This document shows positions 29,388-38,639 of a DNA stretch of 64,000 nucleotides, in pieces; the stretch's first letter is position 1, and the number at the start of each line of letters is the position of its first letter. The notes under the pieces are model-generated. The model saw only the letters and a program-made list of their open reading frames with translations. It had not been told where the DNA came from and made no database searches. A program made the position numbers and the translations under genes. This stretch comes from Longimicrobiales bacterium (GTDB taxonomy: Bacteria > Gemmatimonadota > Gemmatimonadetes > Longimicrobiales > Gaopeijiaceae): positions 3,648,001 to 3,712,000 of the forward strand of contig OZ220732.1 of the NCBI GenBank assembly GCA_965116905.1. The letters are read 5' to 3'.

Positions 29388-30788
29388 GTGACCACCTCGC
29401 CGACGCGCATCGCGATCATAGGAGCCGGGCCGGCGGGATTCTTTGCGGCAGAGGCGCTGCTGAAGCGTGATGACCCCGTCGCGATCGACATGATCAACAA
29501 CCTGCCCGCGCCCTATGGGCTGGTCCGCGACGGGGTGGCTCCGGACCACCAGGCCATCAAGTCGGTCGCGCGCGTCTACGCGAAGCTGCTCGGCAGGGAC
29601 GAGGTTCGCTACTTCGGCAACGTCACGCTCGGCGAGGACGTGACGCTGGACGATCTTCGCTCCCGCTACGACCAGATCGTCTACGCGGTCGGGGCGCAGA
29701 GCGACCGCCGCCTGGGCATCCCGGGAGAGGACCTGGCCGGGAGTCACGCCGCGATGCGCTTCGTGGGCTGGTACAATGCGCACCCGCACTTCCGGACCGA
29801 GTCGTTCGATCTCGATTGCGAGGACGTGGTGGTCGTCGGGAACGGCAACGTCGCGATCGACGTTGCGCGCATCCTGGTGCTGCAGCCCGACCGTCTGGCG
29901 ACGACGGACATCGCCGACCACGCGCTGGCCGCGCTGCGCACGAGCCGCGTGAGGCGCGTCACGCTGCTGGGTCGCCGTGGCCCGGCGCAGGCGTCCTTCA
30001 CCAACCCCGAGCTGCGGGAATTCGGTCGCCTGGACGGGGTCGCGGCAGAGGTGGACGCCGCTGAACTGGAGCTGGACGCCGCGAGCGCGGCCGAAATCGA
30101 GGACAACGCGGTGCGCAAGCGCAACATGAACACGCTGCGCGGGTACGCCGAGGCCGTCCCGGGGGACGGGGACCGGGTTGTGCGGTTCCGCTTCCTGGTG
30201 TCGCCGCTCGAGGTGGTGGACAAGGGCGGCAAGGTGTGCGGCGTGCGCGTGGAGCGGAACCGCCTGGTCGCGCAGGACGACGGCTATCAGCGCGCCGAAG
30301 GCACCGGCGTCGTGGAGACGATCCCGTGCGGGATGCTGATCCGCTCCGTGGGATACCGGGGCGCTCCGCTGCCGGGCGTGCCCTTCGACGGGCGCGCCGG
30401 CATCGTGCCGAACGAGGGCGGCCGCGTGCTGGCGCGCGCCGGTGGTGACGAGGTCGTCCCGGGCGAATACGTGGTGGGCTGGGCGAAGCGCGGGCCGTCG
30501 GGCGTGATCGGCACCAACAAGGCCGACGCGGCGGGAACGGTCGCCCTCATGGCCGAGGACCGTGGCGCGGGGATCTCCGCCGTGAGGGGGGACGCCGCCG
30601 GGAGCGGGCTCGAACGCGCGGACGATCTGTCGCAGCTGCTGGAGCGGCGCGGCGTTCGCTGGGTCGACAAGGTGGGGTGGGAGCGCATGGACGCCTGCGA
30701 AACCGCGCTCGGCAAGGCTCAGGGGCGCCCGAGGGTCAAGTTCTGCCGCGTACCGGAGATGCTCGAGGCGGCGAGGGCGGACAGCTGA
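29388..30788 (+). CDS. Ferredoxin/adrenodoxin--NADP+ reductase (FprA-like)
   Basis: IIGAGPAG, YGLVRDGVAPDH, GNGNVAIDVAR, GWAKRGPSGVIGTN. Confidence 0.9.
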   Translation: MTTSPTRIAIIGAGPAGFFAAEALLKRDDPVAIDMINNLPAPYGLVRDGVAPDHQAIKSVARVYAKLLGRDEVRYFGNVTLGEDVTLDDLRSRYDQIVYAVGAQSDRRLGIPGEDLAGSHAAMRFVGWYNAHPHFRTESFDLDCEDVVVVGNGNVAIDVARILVLQPDRLATTDIADHALAALRTSRVRRVTLLGRRGPAQASFTNPELREFGRLDGVAAEVDAAELELDAASAAEIEDNAVRKRNMNTLRGYAEAVPGDGDRVVRFRFLVSPLEVVDKGGKVCGVRVERNRLVAQDDGYQRAEGTGVVETIPCGMLIRSVGYRGAPLPGVPFDGRAGIVPNEGGRVLARAGGDEVVPGEYVVGWAKRGPSGVIGTNKADAAGTVALMAEDRGAGISAVRGDAAGSGLERADDLSQLLERRGVRWVDKVGWERMDACETALGKAQGRPRVKFCRVPEMLEAARADS

Positions 30789-30806
30789 CCGAACGCGGGC
30801 GCTCCG

Positions 30807-33089
30807 TCAGACGCCCCCGGCGAGCCGCCAGAACTGAGCCACAAGGAAGCAGACCACAAACCCCATGGCCAGCGGCAACAGCGCGGACAGCGCCGTCCAG
30901 CGGCCGCTCTTCGTTTCCTTGTAGATCGTGTAGATGGTCGTGGAGCAGGGGTTATGCAGCAGGCTGAACAGCATGAGGTTCACGCCGGTCAGCAACGTCC
31001 AGCCACCCGCGCTCAGCAGTCCCGCCATGTCGCCGGCGGAGTCCCTCTCGAACATCACGCCGGCCCCCTCGCCAAGCTCGGGTGTGCCCAGCATCAGGAC
31101 GGTGAGCATCAGGATGGTCGGGATCACGATCTCGTTGGCCGGGATCGCGATGATGTAGGCGAGCAGGATCACCCCGTTGAGCCCGAGCAGCACGCCGAAG
31201 GGGTCCATGCCGTTGATCGCGTGTTCGGCCAGTGAGGCGCCGCCGACGGAGATGTTCGAAATCAGCCAGATCACCGCACCCGCGGGGACCGCAAAGAGGA
31301 CCGCGCGCCAGAGGATGATCAGGGTGCGGTCGATGATCGAGGTGTACAGCGTCTGCAGGACCCGGGGCGGGCGGTAGGGCGGCAGTTCGAGCGAGAAGGT
31401 CGTCGCCTCGCCCTTCAGCACGGTGTTGGAGAGGCCCCACGACGTGATGAACATGAAGAAGATCCCCAGCAGGGCGATCGTGACGACGGCGCCGGCGGAG
31501 ACGAAGCCCGCAAGGTGCGGCGGCACGAGCGCGCCGATGAAGATCGTCGCGATCAGGATCTGGGTCGGCCAGCGCCCGTTGCACAGCGAGAAGTTGTTGG
31601 TGATCACGGCGATCAGGCGCTCCCTGGGGCTGTCGATCACGCGCGTGGCGACGACCCCGGCCGCGTTGCAGCCGAAGCCCATGCTCATGGTCAGCGCCTG
31701 CTTGCCGTGGGCGCCTGCACGCCTGAAGAGCGAGTCCAGGTTGAAGGCGACGCGCGGCAGGTAGCCGAAGTCCTCCAGCAGGGTGAATAGCGGGAAGAAG
31801 ATGGCCATGGGCGGCAGCATGACGCTCACCACCCAGGCCGTCGCCCGGTACACCCCATCGAAGAGAAAGCCGCTGAGCCACCAGGGCATTCGGGCCCACT
31901 CGCCGAAGCCCATCAGAACGGGGTGCAGGGTGTCGATCAGAAGCGTGGCGAGCATCGCCGAGGGGACATTCGCGCCGGCGATCGTCAGCCAGAAGACGAC
32001 GGCCAGGATGCCCAGCATGAGCGGGAAGCCGAATACACGGCTGGTAAGCCAGCGATCCAGGCGACGGTCCAGGCCCGCACCCGCCTTCTTGAGTCCCCGA
32101 TGCACGCTCGCCTCGCCGATCCGGGCGGCTTCCCGGTAGAGGTTCTCCGCCACTGCATCCTGAAAGCCGGGACGCAAGGTCCAGCGCTGACGGGTGGCGG
32201 CATCCAGGATTCGCGCCCTCGCCGCGGTCGCCTCCGATGGCGACGCGGGGGCCGGATCGTCCTGCCGCGCCCCCTCGCCCGCGGCGGGACCAGGGGTTTC
32301 CGGGGCCGCATCCCGGTTGAGATCGCCGATCTCGCCGGAGCGCACGGCTTCGGCGACCCGCTCATCGGCGTTCAGCAGCCGGAGCGCCACCCACTTCGCG
32401 TTGGGAAGCTCCGGAAACGCCTCCACGATCAGGGGCTTGAGGGCGTCGACCGCATCCTCCACGCCGGCCGGGTGCGACCGCAGGCGGCGGGGCGCGGTCT
32501 TGCGTGCGCCCGTGGCGACTTCGTATGCCATGCGCAACAGCGCGTCGATCCCTTCCCCCTGACGGGCCACCGTCGGCACCACCGGCACACCGAGTTCCCT
32601 TTCCAGGCGCGCCGGATCCACGGAGACGCCGTGCCGCCGGGCCTCGTCGACCAGATTGAGGCAGACGACCACCCGATCGGTGATCTCGAGGATCTGCAGC
32701 ACCAGGTTGAGGTTGCGCTCCAGGCGCATGGCATCCACCACCACGACGGTCACATCCGGCTGCCCGAACAGGATGAAGTCGCGCGCGACCTCCTCGTCGA
32801 CGCTGCCGGCCTGGAGGGAATAGGTGCCGGGCAGGTCCACAACCTTGACCCGGCTGCCGTCGTACAGAAACGCGCCCTCGGCCCGGGTCACGGTCTTCCC
32901 GGGCCAGTTGCCGGTATGCTGCCGGAGCCCGGTCAGCGCGTTGAACACCGTGGTCTTGCCGACATTGGGATTGCCGGCCAGCGCGATCAGGTGATCCCAC
33001 TTGTGGGGACTCAGGCCAAGACGGACCAGGTTGCGGTTGCGCTGCGGTCCCGGCCCATGACACGCCGCGGCTGCGGTTTGCGCGGTCAT
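30807..33089 (-). CDS. feoB: Ferrous iron/manganese transporter FeoB
   Basis: GTPase motifs [23 protein letters not shown]; gate motifs GFGCN and NPC; ELPPYR. Confidence 0.95.
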   Translation of the reverse strand: MTAQTAAAACHGPGPQRNRNLVRLGLSPHKWDHLIALAGNPNVGKTTVFNALTGLRQHTGNWPGKTVTRAEGAFLYDGSRVKVVDLPGTYSLQAGSVDEEVARDFILFGQPDVTVVVVDAMRLERNLNLVLQILEITDRVVVCLNLVDEARRHGVSVDPARLERELGVPVVPTVARQGEGIDALLRMAYEVATGARKTAPRRLRSHPAGVEDAVDALKPLIVEAFPELPNAKWVALRLLNADERVAEAVRSGEIGDLNRDAAPETPGPAAGEGARQDDPAPASPSEATAARARILDAATRQRWTLRPGFQDAVAENLYREAARIGEASVHRGLKKAGAGLDRRLDRWLTSRVFGFPLMLGILAVVFWLTIAGANVPSAMLATLLIDTLHPVLMGFGEWARMPWWLSGFLFDGVYRATAWVVSVMLPPMAIFFPLFTLLEDFGYLPRVAFNLDSLFRRAGAHGKQALTMSMGFGCNAAGVVATRVIDSPRERLIAVITNNFSLCNGRWPTQILIATIFIGALVPPHLAGFVSAGAVVTIALLGIFFMFITSWGLSNTVLKGEATTFSLELPPYRPPRVLQTLYTSIIDRTLIILWRAVLFAVPAGAVIWLISNISVGGASLAEHAINGMDPFGVLLGLNGVILLAYIIAIPANEIVIPTILMLTVLMLGTPELGEGAGVMFERDSAGDMAGLLSAGGWTLLTGVNLMLFSLLHNPCSTTIYTIYKETKSGRWTALSALLPLAMGFVVCFLVAQFWRLAGGV

Positions 33090-34117
33090 GCCGCATCCTC
33101 CGGCCAGTCGCCGTTGACATGGATCATGGCGGCCTGTTCACGGCGCAGGGCAATCAGCGCGCCCCGGATGTCGTACGCGACCGGATCGCCGCCCGCGCTG
33201 CGCATCCGGGGCCGCACGACCGTGCCCGGGACGACCCCGAGGTCGAGGAGGCGCCTGCGGGCCGGACCACGACACCGGGTCGAGATCCCGACCACGGTGG
33301 CCGAGTCGCCCGGCTCGATCTCGGCCAGCGTCCGGGACCATCGCGGACCGGCCACGTCCTCCGCGATCTCGACCGTAACGTTGCGGGCCAGCGCGCTGGA
33401 CACCTCGTACTGCCGGTCGCCGGTCTGGAAATGGACCCTCCCCGCCTCGCCTTCCAACCGCCGCACGGGCTCCATCAGTCCGAGCCCCAACGCGACAAGC
33501 TGACCGTAGATCTCGGGGGGCTCGTCCTCGAGGTGAACGATGACGGCCTGGTCCCCCGGTCTGAGAGAGGACAGCGGCACCCCCGACCGGGCGGGGATTT
33601 CGCCCGACGCCGTGGGAATCGGATCGCCGTGCGGGTCGTAGACGGGATTCCCCAGCGACGCGGCCAGGTCCTCGGTCTCCTCCTCCGACAGCGTGTGCTC
33701 GCGCGTTTCGGCCTGTTCATGCCACTCCTCGGGACGCGTTCCCGTCCTGTCCGCCAGGAAGCGCTCCCACAGGCGGTGGGTGCGAACGATCCGCAGGGCC
33801 TGTCCGCGGCCGGACTCGGTGAGGCTGAACCGGTTCCCGCTTGCGGTCACCAGACCCTCTTCCTCGAGCCGCTGGAGCAGCCGGATGGCCTGGCTTCGCG
33901 GGATCTGGACGCCGCCGGCCACGCTGTCCGCGGTGGCGGGATGCCGGTCGTACTCCAGCTTGTGAAGCTGCTTGAGCATGTCTTCCAGCCGCACACGCTC
34001 GGTCAGGCGAGCCAGTCGCCGCACCCGTGCGACGACGCCGGACCCGGGCCACAGGACGACGCACCCGAGCGCGGCCAGGCCCGCAAAGACGGCGAGGGCG
34101 AGAATCGGTTCGGGCAT
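33086..34117 (-). CDS. DtxR/MntR-family metal-dependent regulator with N-terminal TM helix and two FeoA domains
   Basis: EDMLK, w[28 protein letters not shown]; two FeoA-like repeats ([18 protein letters not shown]...ALRREQA). Confidence 0.9.
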   Translation of the reverse strand: MPEPILALAVFAGLAALGCVVLWPGSGVVARVRRLARLTERVRLEDMLKQLHKLEYDRHPATADSVAGGVQIPRSQAIRLLQRLEEEGLVTASGNRFSLTESGRGQALRIVRTHRLWERFLADRTGTRPEEWHEQAETREHTLSEEETEDLAASLGNPVYDPHGDPIPTASGEIPARSGVPLSSLRPGDQAVIVHLEDEPPEIYGQLVALGLGLMEPVRRLEGEAGRVHFQTGDRQYEVSSALARNVTVEIAEDVAGPRWSRTLAEIEPGDSATVVGISTRCRGPARRRLLDLGVVPGTVVRPRMRSAGGDPVAYDIRGALIALRREQAAMIHVNGDWPEDAA

Positions 34118-34176
34118 GGGAATCGGGGACCGGGCGGTAGGCTGCACGTTGCGTGTTGGTGTGGAATCGCCCGAAA

Positions 34177-34192
34177 TTTAGGCAAGCCTAAA
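34177..34192. promoter_or_regulatory. DtxR/SirR/MntR-type operator palindrome
   Basis: TTTAGGC-AA-GCCTAAA inverted repeat about 60 nt upstream of the regulator start; resembles the TTAGGTTAACCTAA SirR-type box. Confidence 0.8.
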
Positions 34193-34212
34193 AATATCCG
34201 CAACCCTGGGGC

Positions 34213-34257
34213 CCGTGGGTCCGCTGGTCGGCCCGTCCGTGGGTCCGCTGGTCGGCC
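34213..34257. repeat. Intergenic direct repeat, 21 bp x2, period 24
   Basis: CCGTGGGTCCGCTGGTCGGCC at 34213-34233 and 34237-34257. Confidence 0.85.
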
Positions 34258-34311
34258 GGAGTTGGCCAGACCCGCGCGAACACCTATTCTAGATGGATGG
34301 GAGGACAGAGT

Positions 34312-34845
34312 ATGACGCGCGGTCTGCTGCCAATCGCCCTCGTGCTGTCGGCGAGCCTGATTCCGGCGGCCGCCGAAGGGCAGCGGCGACACCCTGGGGC
34401 TCCGGGGAGCGACGGGTTCTCGGCGGCGGCCGCCAGGGCCGAGTTCTACGCCGACGTCCTTGAGCACACCAACGAGGTCCTCGCCAAGTGGCGTGCGGCG
34501 TGGGCGGCGGACGACCTTGACGCCCTGCTGGAACTCTACACCGAAGACGCCAGCTTCATCTTCACCAATGACGCCCCGGTTCAGGGACGCGAGGCGATTC
34601 GCGAGAAGCTGGTGACGCTCCTTGAGAGGACCGGCGAGGTGCAGGCGGCCTTTACCGACTTCGACGCGAGCGGGCGCATGGGACTCGTCTCCGGCCTGCT
34701 GACCTTCCAGATGCGCGAAGCGCGAAGGTCGCGAACGGTCGGCGGGATCCATATGACCGTCCTGATCCGCCAGGGACGCGACTGGAGAATCCGCGCTCAG
34801 CTCTTCAGGCTCGACGAGGAAGTGCCCAGCCCGCCGTCGGGCTAG
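34312..34845 (+). CDS. Exported NTF2-like/SnoaL (DUF4440) protein
   Basis: Signal peptide; AWAADDLDALLELYTEDA, GREAIR and WRIRA motifs. Confidence 0.8.
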   Translation: MTRGLLPIALVLSASLIPAAAEGQRRHPGAPGSDGFSAAAARAEFYADVLEHTNEVLAKWRAAWAADDLDALLELYTEDASFIFTNDAPVQGREAIREKLVTLLERTGEVQAAFTDFDASGRMGLVSGLLTFQMREARRSRTVGGIHMTVLIRQGRDWRIRAQLFRLDEEVPSPPSG

Positions 34846-34882
34846 AGCAGGCTCCCTCAGCCCCGGCTGACCACGCGCGCGG

Positions 34883-34898
34883 CGTTTCAGCTGAAACG
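34883..34898. repeat. Perfect 16-bp palindrome CGTTTCAGCTGAAACG (parS-like), copy 1
   Basis: Lies between convergent genes; second copy at 53274-53288. Function is inferred only. Confidence 0.6.
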
Positions 34899-34916
34899 TG
34901 TTTCCGGGAGTTCCGG

Positions 34917-36206
34917 CTACTTGTTGATCCGGTACATCCGCACGTACTGAACGTCCAGTTCGTCGGTCCAGACGCCGAGGATGTAGTCCTCTCCGATCTC
35001 CATGTAGGGTGCCTGGTACTGGACGAAGGCGCGCTCGAGGCCGGGGGGCAACGACACGCTGCCCAGCCAGGAGCCGTCGGGGGCGTGGACCTCGAAGGGC
35101 GGGGGTTCGGCGCCGGCGACGTAGTAGGGCTGTAGCCAGAGGTGTCCGGTGGCGTCGACGTGGATGGAGCGGAGGACGGGGAGTTGTGGTGCTCGCGGCC
35201 GGTCACGCCACATTCGGCGTAACCCCTCCACATCTTCTGGCGCGGCGGCGTCCGGATCCGGAAATGCGATTGCCACAATACCGTCCAGATGGAGGTTGAG
35301 GAGGGCGCCGGTCACTTCGCGTGGAGCTACGTCGCGCCGGTAGACCGCGGTGATCGCGGCGTCACGTGGGGAGACCAGACGGACTGACCAGGCTTCGGTG
35401 TCGATCACCGCGACACGTCCTGCTGCGGCACCGTACTCCGGCCCCTTGAAGAACACGTACGAGCTGATCGACCAGCGTCCTCCCTCTCGCACGCGCACCT
35501 CCGCTTCGTGGCCTGGCAAGACCATCAGGGACCTGGCATTGCCATCCGAAAGGTCCGCCGCTGCCAGACGTTCCAGGGGCCAGCGCACGATGCCGGTGGG
35601 CATCTCGTTGCTGTCGCCATACTCGATGAAGCGGAGGATCAGCAGGCCGTCCACGACACCTACCGCCTTGTCGGCTGCAGCGGTCCGGCCAGCGGTCTCG
35701 CCGTCGGTCAGGGCCACCCGCAGCGTCCTCGCCGGGTCGCCGTCCGGCCCGAAAACCTGCGCGTGCATCAGCGCGGCGTCGTAGGTCACCAAAGAATCAC
35801 CAGTCGTGGTTCCGAGGAAGTCCAGGCTCTCGAACTCGCCGGGGCCCTGTCCGAATCTTCCCGCGCGCCACCGGAAGGTCCCTGCTGCGTCGTAGCTCCG
35901 CAGTTCCGAAGCGCCGCGGTCCGCGACCACGATGTCGCCGTTGCCCAGGCGCACTGCGGCCACGACTTCGCTGAACTGGTACTCGAGGGCGCCGGTCACC
36001 GTGCCGATCTCGACGACGGGCTCCGGGTCAACCGTCCAGGCGTCATCGGGTCCCCAGATCGGGGCGACGGCGGTGACGATGGGGATCCCGGCGGAGTCGT
36101 TGTGTAGAATGTGTAAAGTATGTATTTCGTCCGAGTCGCAGGCGGTTGATGCGATCAGGCCTGCCAGAGCGAAGGATGCCACGAGTGCTCGTCCGGGGTC
36201 GGGCAT
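34917..36206 (-). CDS. 6-bladed beta-propeller (NHL-like) lipoprotein, paralog A
   Basis: Lipobox LIASTAC; GRFGQGPGEF, DATGHLW and DELDVQYV motifs. Confidence 0.82.
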   Translation of the reverse strand: MPDPGRALVASFALAGLIASTACDSDEIHTLHILHNDSAGIPIVTAVAPIWGPDDAWTVDPEPVVEIGTVTGALEYQFSEVVAAVRLGNGDIVVADRGASELRSYDAAGTFRWRAGRFGQGPGEFESLDFLGTTTGDSLVTYDAALMHAQVFGPDGDPARTLRVALTDGETAGRTAAADKAVGVVDGLLILRFIEYGDSNEMPTGIVRWPLERLAAADLSDGNARSLMVLPGHEAEVRVREGGRWSISSYVFFKGPEYGAAAGRVAVIDTEAWSVRLVSPRDAAITAVYRRDVAPREVTGALLNLHLDGIVAIAFPDPDAAAPEDVEGLRRMWRDRPRAPQLPVLRSIHVDATGHLWLQPYYVAGAEPPPFEVHAPDGSWLGSVSLPPGLERAFVQYQAPYMEIGEDYILGVWTDELDVQYVRMYRINK

Positions 36207-36213
36207 TGGCCGG

Positions 36214-37512
36214 CTACTTGTTGATCCGGTACATCCGCACGTACTGAACGTCCAGTTCGTCCGTCCACACGCCGAGGATGTAGTCCTCTCCGATCTCCAT
36301 GTAGGGCGCCTGGTACTGGATGAATGCGCGCTGGAGGCCGGGGGGCAGGGATACGCTGCCAAGCCACGTGCCATCGGGCGCGTGGATCTCGAAGGGAGGG
36401 GGGTCGGCGCCGGCCACGAAGTAGGGCTGTAGCCAGAGGTGTCCGGTGGCGTCGACGTGGATGGAGCGGAGGACGGGGAGCACCGGGGCTCTGGGGAAGT
36501 CGCGCCACATCTGTTGAACGCGACCGACTTCCTCGCGGGGAACGTCGCCGATCATGTCCATGATACCGGCCAGATGCTCTTCGAAGATGGCGTTGGTCAC
36601 CTCCCGCGGCGCCACGTCGCGCCGCACGATCCGCTCGATGGTGCCGTCGGCCGGGGAGAGCACGCGGACCGTGTAGGCTTCGGTATCGATGACGGCGACG
36701 CGGTCAGCAGCAGCTCCGAATTCGGGCACGTTGCCAAAGGCGTACCGGCCCCCCCTGCGGCCGCCCCGAAAAAAGACCTCCTCGCCGGCGACCACAATCA
36801 GGTCATTGGCCAAGCCGTCCCCCAGTGCGATAGCCACCGGGCGTTCGTCGACCCACCGCACGGCACCGCTTGTCCCTTGGTCGCCCAGTTCAGCGAAGCG
36901 AACGATGAGTTGGCGTCCCACAACGCCGACGGCCTTGTCAGGACCCGACAGGTCCTCCGGGGATGGCGTGCCGCCGCCAGGATCGGGGTCGAATCGCTGC
37001 GGACGCACGTCGAAGCTCCGCGCCATTTGCCCCCCGGCATCGAAAAGCTGCACGCGCATCAGTTCTCGGTCGTAGGTCACCAGCGAATCGCCGGTCGTGC
37101 TTCCGAGAAAGTCCAGGCTCTCGAACTCGCCCGGACCCTGTCCGAATCTTCCTGCGCGCCACTGGAAGGTCCCTGCTGCGTCGTAGCTCCGCAGTTCCGA
37201 GGCGCCGCGGTCCGCGACCACGATGTCGCCGTTACCCAGGCGCACCGCGGCCACGACTTCGCTGAACTGGTACTCGAGGGCCCCGGTCACCGTCCCGATC
37301 TCGACGAGGGGCTCCGCGTCGACCGTCCAGGCGTCGTCGGGTTCCCAGATCGGGGCGACGGCGGTGACAATGGGGATCCCGGCGGAGTCGTTGTGTAAAA
37401 TGTGTAAAGTATGTATTTCGGCGGGGTCGCAGGCGGTGGCTGTGAGCAGGATCGCGGTCGCGGCTGCGGTGGTCGCGAAGGACACGATGGGCCCTTGGGC
37501 GGGCGCGTTCAT
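36214..37512 (-). CDS. 6-bladed beta-propeller lipoprotein, paralog B
   Basis: Lipobox LLTATAC; N- and C-terminal blocks nearly identical to paralog A. Confidence 0.82.
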   Translation of the reverse strand: MNAPAQGPIVSFATTAAATAILLTATACDPAEIHTLHILHNDSAGIPIVTAVAPIWEPDDAWTVDAEPLVEIGTVTGALEYQFSEVVAAVRLGNGDIVVADRGASELRSYDAAGTFQWRAGRFGQGPGEFESLDFLGSTTGDSLVTYDRELMRVQLFDAGGQMARSFDVRPQRFDPDPGGGTPSPEDLSGPDKAVGVVGRQLIVRFAELGDQGTSGAVRWVDERPVAIALGDGLANDLIVVAGEEVFFRGGRRGGRYAFGNVPEFGAAADRVAVIDTEAYTVRVLSPADGTIERIVRRDVAPREVTNAIFEEHLAGIMDMIGDVPREEVGRVQQMWRDFPRAPVLPVLRSIHVDATGHLWLQPYFVAGADPPPFEIHAPDGTWLGSVSLPPGLQRAFIQYQAPYMEIGEDYILGVWTDELDVQYVRMYRINK

Positions 37513-38639
37513 GCCGGCTCCGGCACGAGTTGGGCGGTGATCGGGTTCACCAGTGCGCCCACGCTGGGGACATCCAACTCATCCCTGGCCACGCCGTACA
37601 GGAGGTCGCCCCGCACGTCCGTGAGCCTGAACCGCTCGGGGAGGATCACCACCCACTTCCGCATCGTCTCGATATCGACGACGACCCAGTGCCCCCGCTC
37701 GTCGTCAACGCCCTGGCGCAGCCAGAACACATGATCGCCGGCGGGGACGAGGCGTGTCGCGACGGACCAGTATTCGGGTGCGTCGATCTCGATTTCTCGG
37801 GGCAGATCCCGACTGGTGCCTTCCCTGATGTCCCGCTCCACGTCATCCAGGTCCCGCTCCGTAACCGCTCGTCCCGCGAATCCCAGGTCGACGGTGTCGG
37901 CTCGGATTGAAGCCGCTTCCGGTGAGACGATCGTGATTTCACCATTGACACCGTCGCCGATAACGACGGCGGTATCTCCGAGAACGCCCCACGCTCCGGA
38001 CGCGCCGAAATGGGTGTTCTGGACAGCTCCCACCACGTCCGTCGTCCAACCCGCCGCTCCCCAGTTGAAGGAGAGGAGCGTGTCGGCAGACTCGCCTCCG
38101 GGTGCCACAAGAACGACGTGGTTTCGCAAATCGTAGACGACATCTCGCGAGAAGGAGACCCGGTAGTTTGCGGGGATCATGCCGACCGTGAAACCACCCT
38201 GCAGAGGTACCGCATCGACGAGTGGCTTCTCGCCCCCACCCGGGTCGGCGAAGTGGCGGGCCCGCACCGTTTCCAGGTGGCGACCGTCCAGCCGGTAGCG
38301 GACGTACCGGCCTTGTCGGGAATCGCCGACCGTGAGTATGGAGTCGATGCTGACGATTCCCGGGGTCATCCATTCACCGGGCCCGCTCCCCTCCCGGCCA
38401 TAGCGGGACAGCAGGTCCCCACCGGTGTCGAACCACAGGACTTCGTTGTTCCCGGGGTCTGCGACCCATATCCCGAGGTCGTTGACCACGACATCTCCGA
38501 TCCTGGCGAAGAAGCCGCCGTCGTATTCCGCAGGGACGACGGTGGCAATCGGGTCCCCGGACAGGTCCAGGGTGTCCATCTGCGCCGACGCCGGCTGTGC
38601 GCCCGCGACCAGCAGGAACACGACTGTCCAGCTTCTCAT
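37509..38639 (-). CDS. 6-bladed beta-propeller exported protein, divergent paralog C
   Basis: Signal peptide; GREGSGPGEW and DELDVPSV motifs; ATGA overlaps with both neighbours. Confidence 0.78.
   Translation of the reverse strand: MRSWTVVFLLVAGAQPASAQMDTLDLSGDPIATVVPAEYDGGFFARIGDVVVNDLGIWVADPGNNEVLWFDTGGDLLSRYGREGSGPGEWMTPGIVSIDSILTVGDSRQGRYVRYRLDGRHLETVRARHFADPGGGEKPLVDAVPLQGGFTVGMIPANYRVSFSRDVVYDLRNHVVLVAPGGESADTLLSFNWGAAGWTTDVVGAVQNTHFGASGAWGVLGDTAVVIGDGVNGEITIVSPEAASIRADTVDLGFAGRAVTERDLDDVERDIREGTSRDLPREIEIDAPEYWSVATRLVPAGDHVFWLRQGVDDERGHWVVVDIETMRKWVVILPERFRLTDVRGDLLYGVARDELDVPSVGALVNPITAQLVPEPA

Noticed and set aside
34917..37512. Diversity-generating retroelement template/variable repeat pair
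   Set aside because: No reverse transcriptase in the window, both copies are full genes, and the differences are not visibly adenine-specific.
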